A stretch of DNA of 64,000 nucleotides from Candidatus Eiseniibacteriota bacterium (GCA_963833505.1 CAWHYG010000008.1:151886-215885); one strand, 5' to 3'. Counted from the stretch's first letter, positions 1-9,946 are shown. The notes: generated by a model not told the origin, from the letters alone. Numbers and translations: made by a program.

Positions 1-1568
1 CTTCCGCCGGCCGTCCCCGCGATCCCCGGGGCCGTGCCCGGCCCAGCGCTGTTCCGAGCGGCGCGCGGCGCAGGCGGTCTCCGGAGCTCGCTGAGCGATG
101 CGTCCAGCACGCGGTTCCGCACCGTCGGGGGAGCGGCGACGCCTTCCTGCTTCTTTTTCACGGCGTAGAGGACGGTGTGGCCCACGGTCACTCCGGGCCA
201 GACTCCCGCCTCGATCAGGGTCAGCTCGACGAGGTCGGATTCGGACAGGAGAAGCCGGCGGATCCGCGAAAAGTGATGCCCCGTCAGAAGCGAGTCGGGC
301 ACCAGGAAACCGTGGGTGCCCCCCGCGCGGCAGAGGCGGAGAGCCAGCTCCATGAACAGCGGATACAGGGTCAGCTTGTACTGGGTGCCCGCGGGGTAGA
401 GCCGCTCGTAGTACGTCCGTTCTTCTTCGGGCGCCGGCGTGCGGTCGCGAAGCCCGTAGCTCACCCAGGGCGGGTTTCCCAGGACCAGATCGAAACCGGG
501 ACGCTCGCGGCGATAGATCTTGGGAAAGCGCCGCTCCCACAGGAAACCGGGACTGAAGGAACTGGGCTCGATCAAGAGGGAGTTCCCGGCCTGGATCTGG
601 CTGCCCAGGAAATAGGGAAAGCCCGTTCCAAAAGCCTGGTCCAGAACGACGGCGACATCCGGTCCGCCGCCCCGCCGGTTCCTCAACCCTTCCGCGGCTT
701 CCACCGCCGCAACGTGAGTCAGATTCCACGAGGCCAGTCGCGCAGCGCGGGGATCGAGATCGACGCCGTGCAGGCGACGGAACCGCGCCACGCCGGCCAC
801 GGGATCCGGCCCGGTTTCCGCCGCCGGCGCTCGCGCAGACCGTCGTGCCGCGGCCATGAGAAAGGCCCCGCTCCCGCAGGCAGGATCGAGAACTTCAACC
901 TCGGACGGATCGGGGACCATCGCAAAGAGAATGGAGGAGAGCTCCCCGGCCAGCTCCGGCGGCGTGTTGACGGCGCCCAGCCCCTGCGCCCGGTTGCCGT
1001 CGGCGCGGAACGCCAGCTTCCCGGAAGCGTCGGCTCGCGCCGTCTGCCTCAGGGAGTGCGCGTAGATCAGCCCGGGAAGATCATCCTCGGGGCTCAGGCG
1101 GCAGACCAGCAGGTACAGGCGGCGGACGATCTCACTGACTCGAACCGGGGCCAGCTCGGAAGCCTCCGCCAGCGCACGCACGCGCCCGAGACCCTCCACA
1201 AAGGCCTGCTCCCGCCCCGCCGACTGCGTTCCCAGCTTCCACGGGATGTCATCCGACGTCGGGCTGTTTTCCCACTCGCCCAGCAGGCGCAGCGTGGGAC
1301 CGCTTCCGAGCCCGAGCCGCTGCCGGCCCGCGATCCGAAGAGGCGAGGCTACCAGTCCCAGACGCTCCATCTGGATCAGGAGCACGAGCTCGAGCAGCAG
1401 GGAGTGAGCCCGCTCGGAGACCTCCTGGAGCTGCCCGGGATCGCGCCGGCCGGAGCCTCCCGCCGAGAAGTCGAACTCAAGCTGGGCGGTGTCGCCTGGC
1501 GCGACGCCCGGTCCCGCTGCCAGGAGCAACGTCCTCCGGACCTGATTCAAAATCTCAGGTCGTCTCAC
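1..1568 (-). CDS. N6-adenine DNA methyltransferase, Eco57I/type IIG-like (gamma class); C-terminus runs off the window
   Basis: The minus-strand frame is open from 1601 to the window edge, so it is absent from the ORF track. My translation shows motif I VLDPACGSGAFL (about 858-893) upstream of motif IV NPPW (465-476), with a TPPELA stretch before motif I. That order is typical of gamma-class amino-methyltransferases. The start is uncertain: GTG 1568 or ATG 1370. Confidence 0.7.
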   Translation of the reverse strand, partial: MRRPEILNQVRRTLLLAAGPGVAPGDTAQLEFDFSAGGSGRRDPGQLQEVSERAHSLLLELVLLIQMERLGLVASPLRIAGRQRLGLGSGPTLRLLGEWENSPTSDDIPWKLGTQSAGREQAFVEGLGRVRALAEASELAPVRVSEIVRRLYLLVCRLSPEDDLPGLIYAHSLRQTARADASGKLAFRADGNRAQGLGAVNTPPELAGELSSILFAMVPDPSEVEVLDPACGSGAFLMAAARRSARAPAAETGPDPVAGVARFRRLHGVDLDPRAARLASWNLTHVAAVEAAEGLRNRRGGGPDVAVVLDQAFGTGFPYFLGSQIQAGNSLLIEPSSFSPGFLWERRFPKIYRRERPGFDLVLGNPPWVSYGLRDRTPAPEEERTYYERLYPAGTQYKLTLYPLFMELALRLCRAGGTHGFLVPDSLLTGHHFSRIRRLLLSESDLVELTLIEAGVWPGVTVGHTVLYAVKKKQEGVAAPPTVRNRVLDASLSELRRPPAPRAARNSAGPGTAPGIAGTAGG

Positions 1569-1807
1569 CCGACGCTCCGTGGACCCGGGCTTTCCAAGCG
1601 CTCAAACGCGGGTTGTCCACGAGTTCTCCACACCCCGACATCGCGGCCACGGCCGGATCTCCACAGAATGTTAGTTGGTTGTGTTTCAATTGGTTGCAAA
1701 ATAATGGCGCGGATCCGCGGCCGGGCTCCAACCCCAAGTTATCCACAATGCGCGCGGATAGGCGGACGGCCCGCTTCGAGCGTCCGGAGCCATGAGAAAA
1801 ACGGCGT

Positions 1808-4312
1808 TCATCGTCGCTGAACAACGAATGCTCCGTGCTCGCGTCCGGTCCAACCCCCCGAGGGCCGCCGCGACTCGAGAAGGAAAAAATAGACGCCGGC
1901 CGGAATCGAGCCGGAAATCGAGGATCCGCCTCCGCTCCAATCGACCTCCAGAGAGCCGGCGGGCCAATCGAGAGACGTGATCCGCCGGCCGGCCGCCGTG
2001 AACAACTGAAGGCGTCCGCCGGATGCGAGCGGAGCGGAGAGCTGGAAGCGGATCGGCTGACGCTGATCCCATGGGACCGGAGCCACGCGCACGGCTCCGG
2101 AGGTGAGCGTTCCAGAAGCGCGCGCCCGCACGGTGTCGCTCCAGGCCACCAACGGCCCTCCGACTCCGGCGCCGTCCTCCGGAGTCGCCGAAAGCTGATA
2201 CACGAATGGTCCCGCGTTGGGCGGCCGGTCGATGAAGCGGCGCTCAGCCGGCGGCGCGTTCTCGGCCGTCTCCACCGTTTCCACCCGTTGCCCGTCCGAT
2301 CCGGGTACGGCCCCGCCGGCGGAAAATCGCGCAAGAACGCAATGCCATCGCGCTTCCGGCATGACCCACCACTCGAGAGCGACGCCGCCATCCGTCTCCG
2401 GAATCGCCTGCAGCGCGGGCTGCATGACCGGCGTGAAGATCGGGTCCGCCACGCCGGTGGTCTCCGCCATGACCTGCCAGCGTCCCGGCGGCAGGCCGGC
2501 CCGGGCGAAGGACGCAGTGCTGTTGAGGCCGAGCGCGCCCACGAAGACGCGATCGAGCAGAAAGCTCCCGTCCGCGGCGGTCACCCCATCCGCTTCGACG
2601 CGCGAGGAATCCAGCTCGACCGCGCGCACGTGTACGCCTGCCAGAGCCGCGTTCGTGGCGCGGCTGTAAACGCGGCCGCTCAGACGGACCGATTTTTCGA
2701 GACGAAAGGCGACGGCGACGGTGTCTCCGACGGGGATCGAGATCAGACGGGCGCGGCGGGCGACGGTCGTGTGCGGGTAATACAGCAGGGAGATCGGTCC
2801 GTCCAGGGCCGCCTCGAGCGTGTATTTGCCGGAAGGAAGACAGGTGATGTTGTAGATCCCCGGATCGGTCACCTCGACCTCCGCGGTGTCCTGACCCGAT
2901 CGGGCGATGATCACTCCGCCGGCGAGGCCGGCGAAATCCCCCTGGACGGACACCGCCAGGGTTCCCTGCGTCTCAGGCGGCAGCTCGCAATTGATCTCCA
3001 ACTCGCCCTGAAGGTTGGTGTAGGGCACCTCCTCGGGCTGGGTCACGGGAACCAGGCGGGCCCGATTCGGCTGGTCGGAGTCGATGTAATATTTCCCGAT
3101 CGCCGGAACAAAGATGCGATAGGAGCCGCTGGGAAGGCCCACGATCGCGTAGTTTCCGCCGTCGTCGGTCGTCGATCGATAGACCTGGCCGGTCGAGGGA
3201 TTGGTCGCCGTGACGAGAAGCCCCGGGAACGGGCTCAGGTCGTCATGCTTGACCGTTCCGGAAATCACGCCCCCCCGATCCAACGGCAGATCCAGATCGG
3301 TGCGCTCCGAGTCCGCGTCGACGTGAATCGACTGAGCCTGGCCCGGAGCGAGAGCGCCGCCGTAAAACTCAGGGATGTAGGCGGAATCGCCGGGGACGGC
3401 TTCGAGCAGATAGTCGCCAGGGATGATTCCTCCGAACACGAACGACCCCGAAGCGGAGGCGCGGACCGACCAGATGTTCGTCGAGTCGGGAGACTGCGGG
3501 GCGCCGGCCTTCCGTGCTCCTTCCGGGACCGACGCGGGTTGGATCCACACCCGGGTGCCGGCGATCGGAAGACCGGTGTCGCCGGCCCGGACCTGGCCAC
3601 CGAGTACGCCCGAGGCCGGCAGCGTGATCGGGTCGAGGATGGTCGTGCCTCCATCCGTGACCGTAACCGGCGTCGCCTGAGCCCGCACGGCGACTCCGGG
3701 ATAGTAGAGAGCCTGCACCCGGCCGGCGTGAGAAAGAGGATCGTTCGTGGCGAAACGGATGATGACCGGACCGGCCGGAACTCCATTCAGCGTGAAACGA
3801 CCGTCGGCTCCGCTTCGGGAAAGGACGCGGACGCTTCCAAGCAACGCCTCCACGAGCGCGCCATCGACCGGAACCGGCTGCGTTCCCGGACCGAAAACCT
3901 GTCCCTGCACGGTCCCGCCGCTGGCGTCCATCGGAATGGAGAGGATTGGGGACGCGTCCCCAGGCAGAACGGAGACCGATGCCGCCTGCGAACTGTCGGC
4001 GACTCCGGGATACCAGCGGGCGGGAAAGAGGCTCGAACCCTCGAGATTGCCCGTGCCCGATCGGAGCGTTCGGGTCGGACCGGGAGGAGCCGCCCGGGCG
4101 ATCGCAACAGCGGCGACAAGACTGAGAAGAGCCGCGGTGAACAGAATCGCAACGGCACACGGCGAGAGCTCCCGACCACGGCCGGCCGTCACGGCGCGCA
4201 GTGAGAGCGCGGGGCGACGCCGGATCGCCTTTCCGGCGTTCGCGCCTCGTGATGAGGGCCAAAGGCGCCCCTGGGAAGCCACCTGGGACGAGACGTAGCA
4301 ACCGGTTTCCAT
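1808..4312 (-). CDS. Large secreted/surface protein with repeated carboxypeptidase-regulatory-like (CarboxypepD_reg) modules and a C-terminal FlgD Ig-like/T9SS-type domain
   Basis: Track ORF 1808..4912. The first 200 codons overlap queF in another frame and look non-coding. The likely start is ATG 4312 or GTG 4192, just before the signal-like AILFTAALLSLVAAVAIARA. Repeated ADGRFTLNGVP / GNYAIVGLPSGSY-type modules are present. The C-terminal RLQLFTAAGRRITSLDW...IPAGVYFFLLE resembles FlgD Ig-like sorting domains. Confidence 0.7.
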   Translation of the reverse strand: METGCYVSSQVASQGRLWPSSRGANAGKAIRRRPALSLRAVTAGRGRELSPCAVAILFTAALLSLVAAVAIARAAPPGPTRTLRSGTGNLEGSSLFPARWYPGVADSSQAASVSVLPGDASPILSIPMDASGGTVQGQVFGPGTQPVPVDGALVEALLGSVRVLSRSGADGRFTLNGVPAGPVIIRFATNDPLSHAGRVQALYYPGVAVRAQATPVTVTDGGTTILDPITLPASGVLGGQVRAGDTGLPIAGTRVWIQPASVPEGARKAGAPQSPDSTNIWSVRASASGSFVFGGIIPGDYLLEAVPGDSAYIPEFYGGALAPGQAQSIHVDADSERTDLDLPLDRGGVISGTVKHDDLSPFPGLLVTATNPSTGQVYRSTTDDGGNYAIVGLPSGSYRIFVPAIGKYYIDSDQPNRARLVPVTQPEEVPYTNLQGELEINCELPPETQGTLAVSVQGDFAGLAGGVIIARSGQDTAEVEVTDPGIYNITCLPSGKYTLEAALDGPISLLYYPHTTVARRARLISIPVGDTVAVAFRLEKSVRLSGRVYSRATNAALAGVHVRAVELDSSRVEADGVTAADGSFLLDRVFVGALGLNSTASFARAGLPPGRWQVMAETTGVADPIFTPVMQPALQAIPETDGGVALEWWVMPEARWHCVLARFSAGGAVPGSDGQRVETVETAENAPPAERRFIDRPPNAGPFVYQLSATPEDGAGVGGPLVAWSDTVRARASGTLTSGAVRVAPVPWDQRQPIRFQLSAPLASGGRLQLFTAAGRRITSLDWPAGSLEVDWSGGGSSISGSIPAGVYFFLLESRRPSGGWTGREHGAFVVQRR

Positions 4313-4446
4313 GGCAGCCCCGTGAGCTGGGTGAGGGGTGGTCCGCGTGCAGTTCGCGCCCGTTCCGGCGATCCCCCCTGCGCCGGCTGGGTCCGGCCGG
4401 AGGAGTCCGAGTGGGCGGTCTCCCTTGCGGGCCGGTGCTGCGGAGT

Positions 4447-4839
4447 CTAGAGGTTTCGGGTCGTCTCGTCCACGGGCGGAAGAGCGGCCGTGGTGTGCTC
4501 CGCCCTCACGATGGTGTGGATCCCGCCGCGCACGTTGAAGTCCCCCTCGATGCTCATCCGCCGGGGGCCGAGCGCCTGGACCAGATCGTCCAGGATTCGG
4601 TTGATCACGGCCTCGTGGAAGTGCCCCTCGTCGCGGAACGACCAGAGATACAACTTGAACGACTTCAGCTCGACGCAGAGTTGATCCGGCACGTAGCGGA
4701 TCCGGATCACCGCAAAGTCCGGCTGGCCGGTCCGGGGGCAGAGACAGGTGAATTCCGGGGCCTCGAAGGAGATCTCGTAGTCCCGCTCCGGTCGAGGGTT
4801 CGGGAACGTCTCGAGGTTTCTGGTCGGCTGGCTGGGCAT
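4447..4839 (-). CDS. queF: NADPH-dependent 7-cyano-7-deazaguanine (preQ0) reductase
   Basis: Track ORF 4447..4959 trimmed to ATG 4839, which has a GGAG RBS upstream. [15 protein letters not shown]...[15 protein letters not shown]...[10 protein letters not shown] matches unimodular QueF. Confidence 0.9.
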   Translation of the reverse strand: MPSQPTRNLETFPNPRPERDYEISFEAPEFTCLCPRTGQPDFAVIRIRYVPDQLCVELKSFKLYLWSFRDEGHFHEAVINRILDDLVQALGPRRMSIEGDFNVRGGIHTIVRAEHTTAALPPVDETTRNL

Positions 4840-4899
4840 GAGATGGAGGCTCCTTTCCCGCCTGAGAGCCAAAGCCCGCGCCGTCCCGGCCGGAAGAGA

Positions 4900-4998
4900 A
4901 CGACGCAGGCATGCTCCCCGCAGTATGTCGAGGAGTGAGGGCAAGCGCAACGCAGTCATGACAGGCAGATCCTCTGCCGCAGCAGGGGGCTCATGAAC
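4900..4998. repeat. MITE-like repeat family, right-half copy A
   Basis: Aligns by eye to the right half of the full copies at 44741-44908 and 58869-59036 (GTATGTCGAGGAGTGAGGGCAAGCGCAACGCAGTCATG...CAGGGGGCTCATGAA). It lies between the divergent queF and dodecin genes. Confidence 0.6.
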
Positions 4999-5115
4999 AA
5001 TGCAGTCGATCGAAACTTGCCATCCGCGCCCATTGGTTTAGCCTCAGGCGAGCCGGCATCGTCCCGGCCGAGGGACGGACACCGGCGACGCTCAACCCAG
5101 ACCCCGGAGGAGATC

Positions 5116-5325
5116 ATGGCGGATAAAACCTACGAGAGGATCGAGATCGTCGGCACGTCCACGGAGGGATACGAGGCGGCCACGCAGAACGCCATCCGGC
5201 AGGCTCGCAAGACTCTCCGCGGGCTCTCCTGGTTCGAGGTGATCGAGATGCGGGGAAATCTGCAGGGCCCGGAAATCCTCTACCAGATCACGCTCAAGGT
5301 CGGCTTCCAGGTCCAGGAGGACTGA
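5116..5325 (+). CDS. Dodecin family flavin-binding protein
   Basis: ATG 5116 is preceded by GGAGGA. MADKTYERIEIVGTSTEGYEAATQNAIRQA...YQITLKVGFQV is typical of dodecins (about 69 aa). Confidence 0.85.
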   Translation: MADKTYERIEIVGTSTEGYEAATQNAIRQARKTLRGLSWFEVIEMRGNLQGPEILYQITLKVGFQVQED

Positions 5326-5380
5326 AAGCGGCGCGCCGTTCGGGGCTCTCGGCCCCGGCGCATCGATTCACGCCGCAAGG

Positions 5381-6250
5381 TCAGCTCTGGGCCTCGACCT
5401 CCGCCGGCGGACAGGGAAAGCGGCCGGCCAGCGCGTCCTGGACGAGCACCTTGACCTCCGGGGGAAAGTCCCGCTCCAGCATCCAGTGGAGATACTCGGG
5501 AGCCTTCGCCGCGACCTCGCGCAGCGTCTGTCCGCGGCGGTAGCCGAAGTTGAAGGTCGCCTCCTGGTTTCTCCAGCAGAAGCGACGATTGGAGTCGACG
5601 AAGCGCCGGTCGGGACGATGAAACAGGGCATCAAGCTCGCCCACTTCGTGCGGCAGCTCCGGATAGCGCCGGATCTGTGAAAGCAGCACGCGGGCCGTGG
5701 CCCTGGTGTCGGCCAGGGCGCCGTGGGCTCCGTCCAGCTCGCGGCCGCAGTAGAAGCGATAGGCCGCCGACAGGTCCCTCGGCTCCATCTTGTGGAAGAT
5801 GATCTGGCAGTCCACGATGCGGACGCCGTCCAGATTCCAGACGAGACCGCAGCGCTGGAACTCGCACTTGAGAAGCGGAATGTCGAACCGAAGAAGATTG
5901 AAGCCGGCGAGATCCGCGTCGCGGCACCGATCGAGGATTTCCGGGGCCAGCCGCTTGAACGGAGGCGCGAACTCGACCATGTCATCCGTGATGCCGTGGA
6001 TCTGCTGAGCCTCGATCGGAATGGGCGCGCCGGGATTCACGAGGCTCTCGAATTCTTCGGTGGCGCCGTCCGGATGCAACCGGACCAGCGCCAATTGGAC
6101 CACGCGATCGAGGGAGCAATCCGCCCCGGTCGTCTCGGCATCCAGAAAGACCAGATCCCGGTCGAGCCGGAGGCCGCAAGCGGAGATCTCCTCGGCGAGC
6201 TCGGGCGTCTCTTCCCTTCCGTCAGCTCGATTGGTCGGCTCGCATCCCAT
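5381..6250 (-). CDS. DEDDh 3'-5' exonuclease (DnaQ/epsilon-like) with C-terminal extension
   Basis: Track ORF. Exo I is FLDAETTG, Exo II is HGITDDMV and Exo III is HGALADTRATARVL. Confidence 0.8.
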   Translation of the reverse strand: MGCEPTNRADGREETPELAEEISACGLRLDRDLVFLDAETTGADCSLDRVVQLALVRLHPDGATEEFESLVNPGAPIPIEAQQIHGITDDMVEFAPPFKRLAPEILDRCRDADLAGFNLLRFDIPLLKCEFQRCGLVWNLDGVRIVDCQIIFHKMEPRDLSAAYRFYCGRELDGAHGALADTRATARVLLSQIRRYPELPHEVGELDALFHRPDRRFVDSNRRFCWRNQEATFNFGYRRGQTLREVAAKAPEYLHWMLERDFPPEVKVLVQDALAGRFPCPPAEVEAQS

Positions 6251-6500
6251 GGCTTCCGTTCCCTTTCGTGCTCAGGCACCGCGACTGTTCCTTCCCTTCC
6301 GTCGAGAAGGCCCGTCCGGATCTGAGACGTTAAATCTCGTTAGATGACCCCGGACTTCTTCATCCTACCTGGAGCTTGCCGTTGCGCCTCAGGGATTCCG
6401 GCGATAGATTGCGGAGGGTTTTTGTTCGAGGCCGAGTCGCACGGATTGATTCCTTGGTACCATTCCCCCGGGATCGACGCCCGGAGATGAAGGAGGTCGA

Positions 6501-7772
6501 GTGAACCGCGCCTTACGACCTGCCGCCGGCCCGCGCGTAGCCGGAATCGTCCCTGCCGCCGGAAGCCTTCCCGGCACAGGAACGGGCCCTGGCCCGGAGA
6601 CTCTACCCGCCGCCGGCGCCGTCCGTGTCACCGGGATTCTCCTCGTCGTCGCGCTCCTGGCGTGCGGGGCGTGCGGGACCTCGCTCGCCATCCCTCGCTT
6701 CTCCGCCCGATATCAGCAGACCTGCGGGCTCTGCCACATGAACCCGACCGGCGGCGGCGAGCGCACGGTCTACGCGTCCCAGGTGCTCGTGCCTTCGGAG
6801 CTGTCCTACCAGAAGTACACCGCCGAACAACTCATGCAGATCGATCCCCAGATCGGCAAGAACCTGGTCGTGGGGTTCGACGGACGCACGATCTATCACA
6901 AAGGGAACAAGACCATCATCGGGGTCGACAACTTCATCCACATGGAGGGAGACGTCGACCTGACCTTCCAGATCGATCCGCGATTCCTGGCCTACGTGGA
7001 TCGGGGCCTCACCCAGACACCCGAGGCCTTCGGCGTCGGATACATCCTGCCTTGGGCCGGCTATGTCAAGGTCGGCCGCTTCTATCCGGCCTTCGGGTGG
7101 CGCTTCGACGATCACACCGCCTTTACGAGGATGAAGGCGCTCCACGCCACCAGCGACGGCTCCGATCTCGACGGACCGCCGAATTTCGACTATGACACCG
7201 GCCTCGAGGCCGGGGTCTTTCCCGGACGGCTGTCGCTGATCGGCGCGGTCCTGAACGGGAGTTTCGCCGGCACGCCCGACAACAACAGCCGGGTGGCCCT
7301 CTCGGCCCAGGGCCTGGGCCGCGGTCATGTCGGACCGGTCGGATTCGGGGCGGGCGGATCCTTCTGGAACAACGACGAACCGGACGCCATGCGGACGGCG
7401 TACGGCCCATACGGCTACCTGACCCTGGGACCCGCCACGTGGGTGGGCGAGGCGGACTGGACCTGGTCCCGGCCACCGGGGACCACCTCCCCGCTGTCCA
7501 TCCTGGTTCCGGTCACCCACTTCACCACCTCCCACGAGCTGTCCTTCGTTCTCCGCCGAGGCGTGACGCTTCGCGGGACCTACGATTTCTTCGACCCGGA
7601 CGTCCGCGCCAGGACGGGCACCCGCGCCCGATACGGCATCGGCGCCGACTTCATGCCCTATCCGTTCGCCATGGTGATGGCAACCATGAACTTCCACCGG
7701 TTCCAGCGGGGCGCCGTCGTGACCGGCACCAACTACAACATGCTCGAGCTTCAGGTTCATATCTTCTACTGA
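6501..7772 (+). CDS. Putative outer-membrane beta-barrel protein with N-terminal CxxCH motif
   Basis: GTG 6501 has GAAGGAGG 6 nt upstream. A signal/TM-like ILLVVALLACGACG is followed by RFSARYQQTCGLCHMNPTGGG (CGLCH is a CxxCH motif). The rest of the sequence is Gly/aromatic-rich and ends in the OMP-like ...LQVHIFY. Confidence 0.65.
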   Translation: MNRALRPAAGPRVAGIVPAAGSLPGTGTGPGPETLPAAGAVRVTGILLVVALLACGACGTSLAIPRFSARYQQTCGLCHMNPTGGGERTVYASQVLVPSELSYQKYTAEQLMQIDPQIGKNLVVGFDGRTIYHKGNKTIIGVDNFIHMEGDVDLTFQIDPRFLAYVDRGLTQTPEAFGVGYILPWAGYVKVGRFYPAFGWRFDDHTAFTRMKALHATSDGSDLDGPPNFDYDTGLEAGVFPGRLSLIGAVLNGSFAGTPDNNSRVALSAQGLGRGHVGPVGFGAGGSFWNNDEPDAMRTAYGPYGYLTLGPATWVGEADWTWSRPPGTTSPLSILVPVTHFTTSHELSFVLRRGVTLRGTYDFFDPDVRARTGTRARYGIGADFMPYPFAMVMATMNFHRFQRGAVVTGTNYNMLELQVHIFY

Positions 7773-7782
7773 GAGGTTTCAC

Positions 7783-8439
7783 ATGAATGGAAATCCTGCG
7801 CGTCCCCTCAGCCGGACGCTGATCCGGCTGTCGCTGTCCTTGCTCCTGCTGCCGGCGGCGGCCGTCGCCGCGCGCGCCGCGCACTACGTCATCAACCCGG
7901 GCTCGCCCAATCTGGTCAAGTTCGACTCCAAGTCGACGGCGGAGTCGTTCAGCGGCAGCACCCGAACCGTCCGGGGCGCCATCGACTTCAATCCCCAGAA
8001 CCTGGCCGATTCGGCCGCCGTCAACGTCGAGGTCGATCTGAACACGCTCGACACCGGGATCAGTCTCCGGAACCAGCAAATGCGGGAGAGTCACCTCGAG
8101 ACGGACAAGTACCCCAAGGCCTTCTTCCGCGGCGGGAAGATGAGCGGCTTCTCCGCCGCGGCCCTGACTCCCGGACAGAAGGCGACGTTCAACCTCGCCG
8201 GGGAGTTTGAGATCCACGGGGTCAAACGGCCGCTGGTGCTGCCCGTCGAAGTGACCGAAGGCAATCAGGATGGCAAGGACTTCGTGCACATCGTCGGACA
8301 CTTCCCCGTGACTTTGGCGGACTACAACATCAGCCGGCCGCAATTCCTGGTCCTTCGGCTCGGTGAGACCCAACAAGTGACGATCGATCTGACGGCGGTG
8401 GAATCTCCGGAAACTCCGCCGGCGGGTTCCGGTCACTGA
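7783..8439 (+). CDS. YceI family periplasmic polyisoprenoid-binding protein
   Basis: Track ORF with a signal peptide. FDSKSTAESFSGSTRTVRGAIDFNP...LRNQQMRESHLETDKYPKAFF is typical of YceI. Confidence 0.9.
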   Translation: MNGNPARPLSRTLIRLSLSLLLLPAAAVAARAAHYVINPGSPNLVKFDSKSTAESFSGSTRTVRGAIDFNPQNLADSAAVNVEVDLNTLDTGISLRNQQMRESHLETDKYPKAFFRGGKMSGFSAAALTPGQKATFNLAGEFEIHGVKRPLVLPVEVTEGNQDGKDFVHIVGHFPVTLADYNISRPQFLVLRLGETQQVTIDLTAVESPETPPAGSGH

Positions 8440-8703
8440 GCGCATTCCAGGCGCACTCCGAGCCCCGAAGCGAGCGGCTCGCTCCGTAATTCTACGCCTA
8501 CGCCGGTCTCGCCGCAGGGCCGGCGGGCGTCTCGGTCACTGGCCGCCTTCCCAGACGCACGCCCGGCTCCGAACAAGGCGGCTGACGCCGGATTTCTTCG
8601 GCGGACCCGCACCCGGAAGCTCCTTTCTTGTGCAAGATTTCATTTGTGAACCAAGACAGCGCTGCCGGGTAGGTAACTCCGGGGATGGTACCCGGAGGGA
8701 GCG

Positions 8704-9285
8704 ATGTCAGATCGCAGCGAAGGCGTCCTGGGGGCGCTGGAACGTGACAAACCGATTGCGAGAGTCCGACCGGCACTCGACGAAGAAATCGCCGAACACA
8801 TGGAAGTCTTGCGACATAAGGACGGGAGCCGTCGCCGGCGGGCTCGCCAGGCGTTGGTCGAGATCGGCAGGCCGTCGGTACCGGCGTTGATTGAGTACCT
8901 GCGAGTTCCCGACGTCCAGATGCGCTGGGAGGCGGCCAAAGCGCTCTCCGACATCGCGGACCCGGGCTCGGCTCCCGCGCTGGTTCAAGCCTTGGACGAT
9001 GACGCGTTCGAGATCCGGTGGCTCGCCAGTGAGGGCCTCGTGGCCATCGGCAAGCCGGGCCTCCGGCCGCTCTTGCACGCTCTGGCGCTGCACGTCGATT
9101 CGCCGTGGCTTCGCGAGGGAGCGCATCACGTCCTCTACGAGCTGGAGCGCCGCCAGCCGACCGCCGCCAAGGCCAGGCTCCTGCGCGCCTTCGGAAACCC
9201 GGCCGGCGACACCGAGATCACGGCCGCGGCCCGCGCCCTGCTTCGGGAGATGCGTGAACCATGGGAGGCGCGGCGCGGCGCTTGA
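8704..9285 (+). CDS. HEAT-repeat (PBS lyase-like) protein
   Basis: ATG 8704 is preceded by GGAGGGAG. Repeated helix pairs are present, such as RRRARQALVEIGRPSVPALIEYL / MRWEAAKALSDIADPGSAPALVQAL / IRWLASEGLVAIGKPGLRPLL. Confidence 0.75.
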   Translation: MSDRSEGVLGALERDKPIARVRPALDEEIAEHMEVLRHKDGSRRRRARQALVEIGRPSVPALIEYLRVPDVQMRWEAAKALSDIADPGSAPALVQALDDDAFEIRWLASEGLVAIGKPGLRPLLHALALHVDSPWLREGAHHVLYELERRQPTAAKARLLRAFGNPAGDTEITAAARALLREMREPWEARRGA

Positions 9286-9301
9286 TCCACGCGCGCCGAT
9301 C

Positions 9302-9946
9302 TCAGATCTTGTGCGCGGTGAGCTCCATGACCTTCATTTCCTTGTTCTGGCCGTCCGGCCCGCTCATCTGCACGTACATGCTCATGACGTAGTCGGTATC
9401 GTCCGACCAGCGCACTTCCTCGCGGACGGGAACGTTCTTCATCTGCGTGGGGTCGAACATCGAGCCGGCCAGGTCGATGCCCTTCCCGTTCGTCGCCGGC
9501 TGTCCGGTCATGTTCATCATCCCGGTGCCCATGTTGTCGATCCAGGTGGAGAAGTACTGCTTCTGCGCCCTGTCGTAGCCGTCGATCTCCATTCCCTCGA
9601 ACGGCATGCCGCCCATCTGCCCCGTGTGATGACTTTCGAGGTACCGGCCCCCCAGGATCCACGCGTAGGTCGACTTCCCTTCGGTGACCGTCGGATCCCC
9701 GGGCCCCATCCACATCTTGATCGACGTCTTCCAGTCGCCCACCAGCTTGCCGAGCGCCTGGTGTTCCGGTCCGGGCGTCGCCAGCTCCATCATCTTCTGC
9801 ATTTCCGCCTGACCCATCTGGCCGGACGACCCGCCGTTCGCGGCCGGTGGCTGGTCCGCCCTGGGCGTGGCGAGGCTGGCAGACAACGGCAGGGCGACCA
9901 GGACGACGCCAAGGAGAACCCGGAACGTGCTCGAAACGGACTTCAT
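9302..9946 (-). CDS. DUF1579 domain-containing secreted protein
   Basis: Track ORF 9302..9961 trimmed to MKSVSS (signal peptide). LVGDWKTSIKMWMGPG...AWILGGRYLE...DGYDRAQKQYFSTWIDNMGTG matches the DUF1579 pattern. Confidence 0.8.
   Translation of the reverse strand: MKSVSSTFRVLLGVVLVALPLSASLATPRADQPPAANGGSSGQMGQAEMQKMMELATPGPEHQALGKLVGDWKTSIKMWMGPGDPTVTEGKSTYAWILGGRYLESHHTGQMGGMPFEGMEIDGYDRAQKQYFSTWIDNMGTGMMNMTGQPATNGKGIDLAGSMFDPTQMKNVPVREEVRWSDDTDYVMSMYVQMSGPDGQNKEMKVMELTAHKI

Noticed and set aside
177-1820. A long plus-strand ORF (547 aa) over the methyltransferase region. Similar long ORFs include 1835..4204 (+), 11232..13328 (+), 32808..36083 (-), 47261..48604 (-), 50389..51843 (-), 54655..56589 (-) and 61884..63794 (-).
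   Set aside because: They are Arg/Pro/Gly-rich low-complexity translations lying antisense to genes with clear family motifs. These are typical shadow ORFs of high-GC DNA, and no RBS or domain signatures were seen.
4313-4912. The N-terminal 200 codons of track ORF 1808..4912
   Set aside because: They overlap queF on the same strand in another frame. The translation is PRG-rich nonsense. A signal-peptide-bearing start (4312 or 4192) fits the downstream domain architecture.
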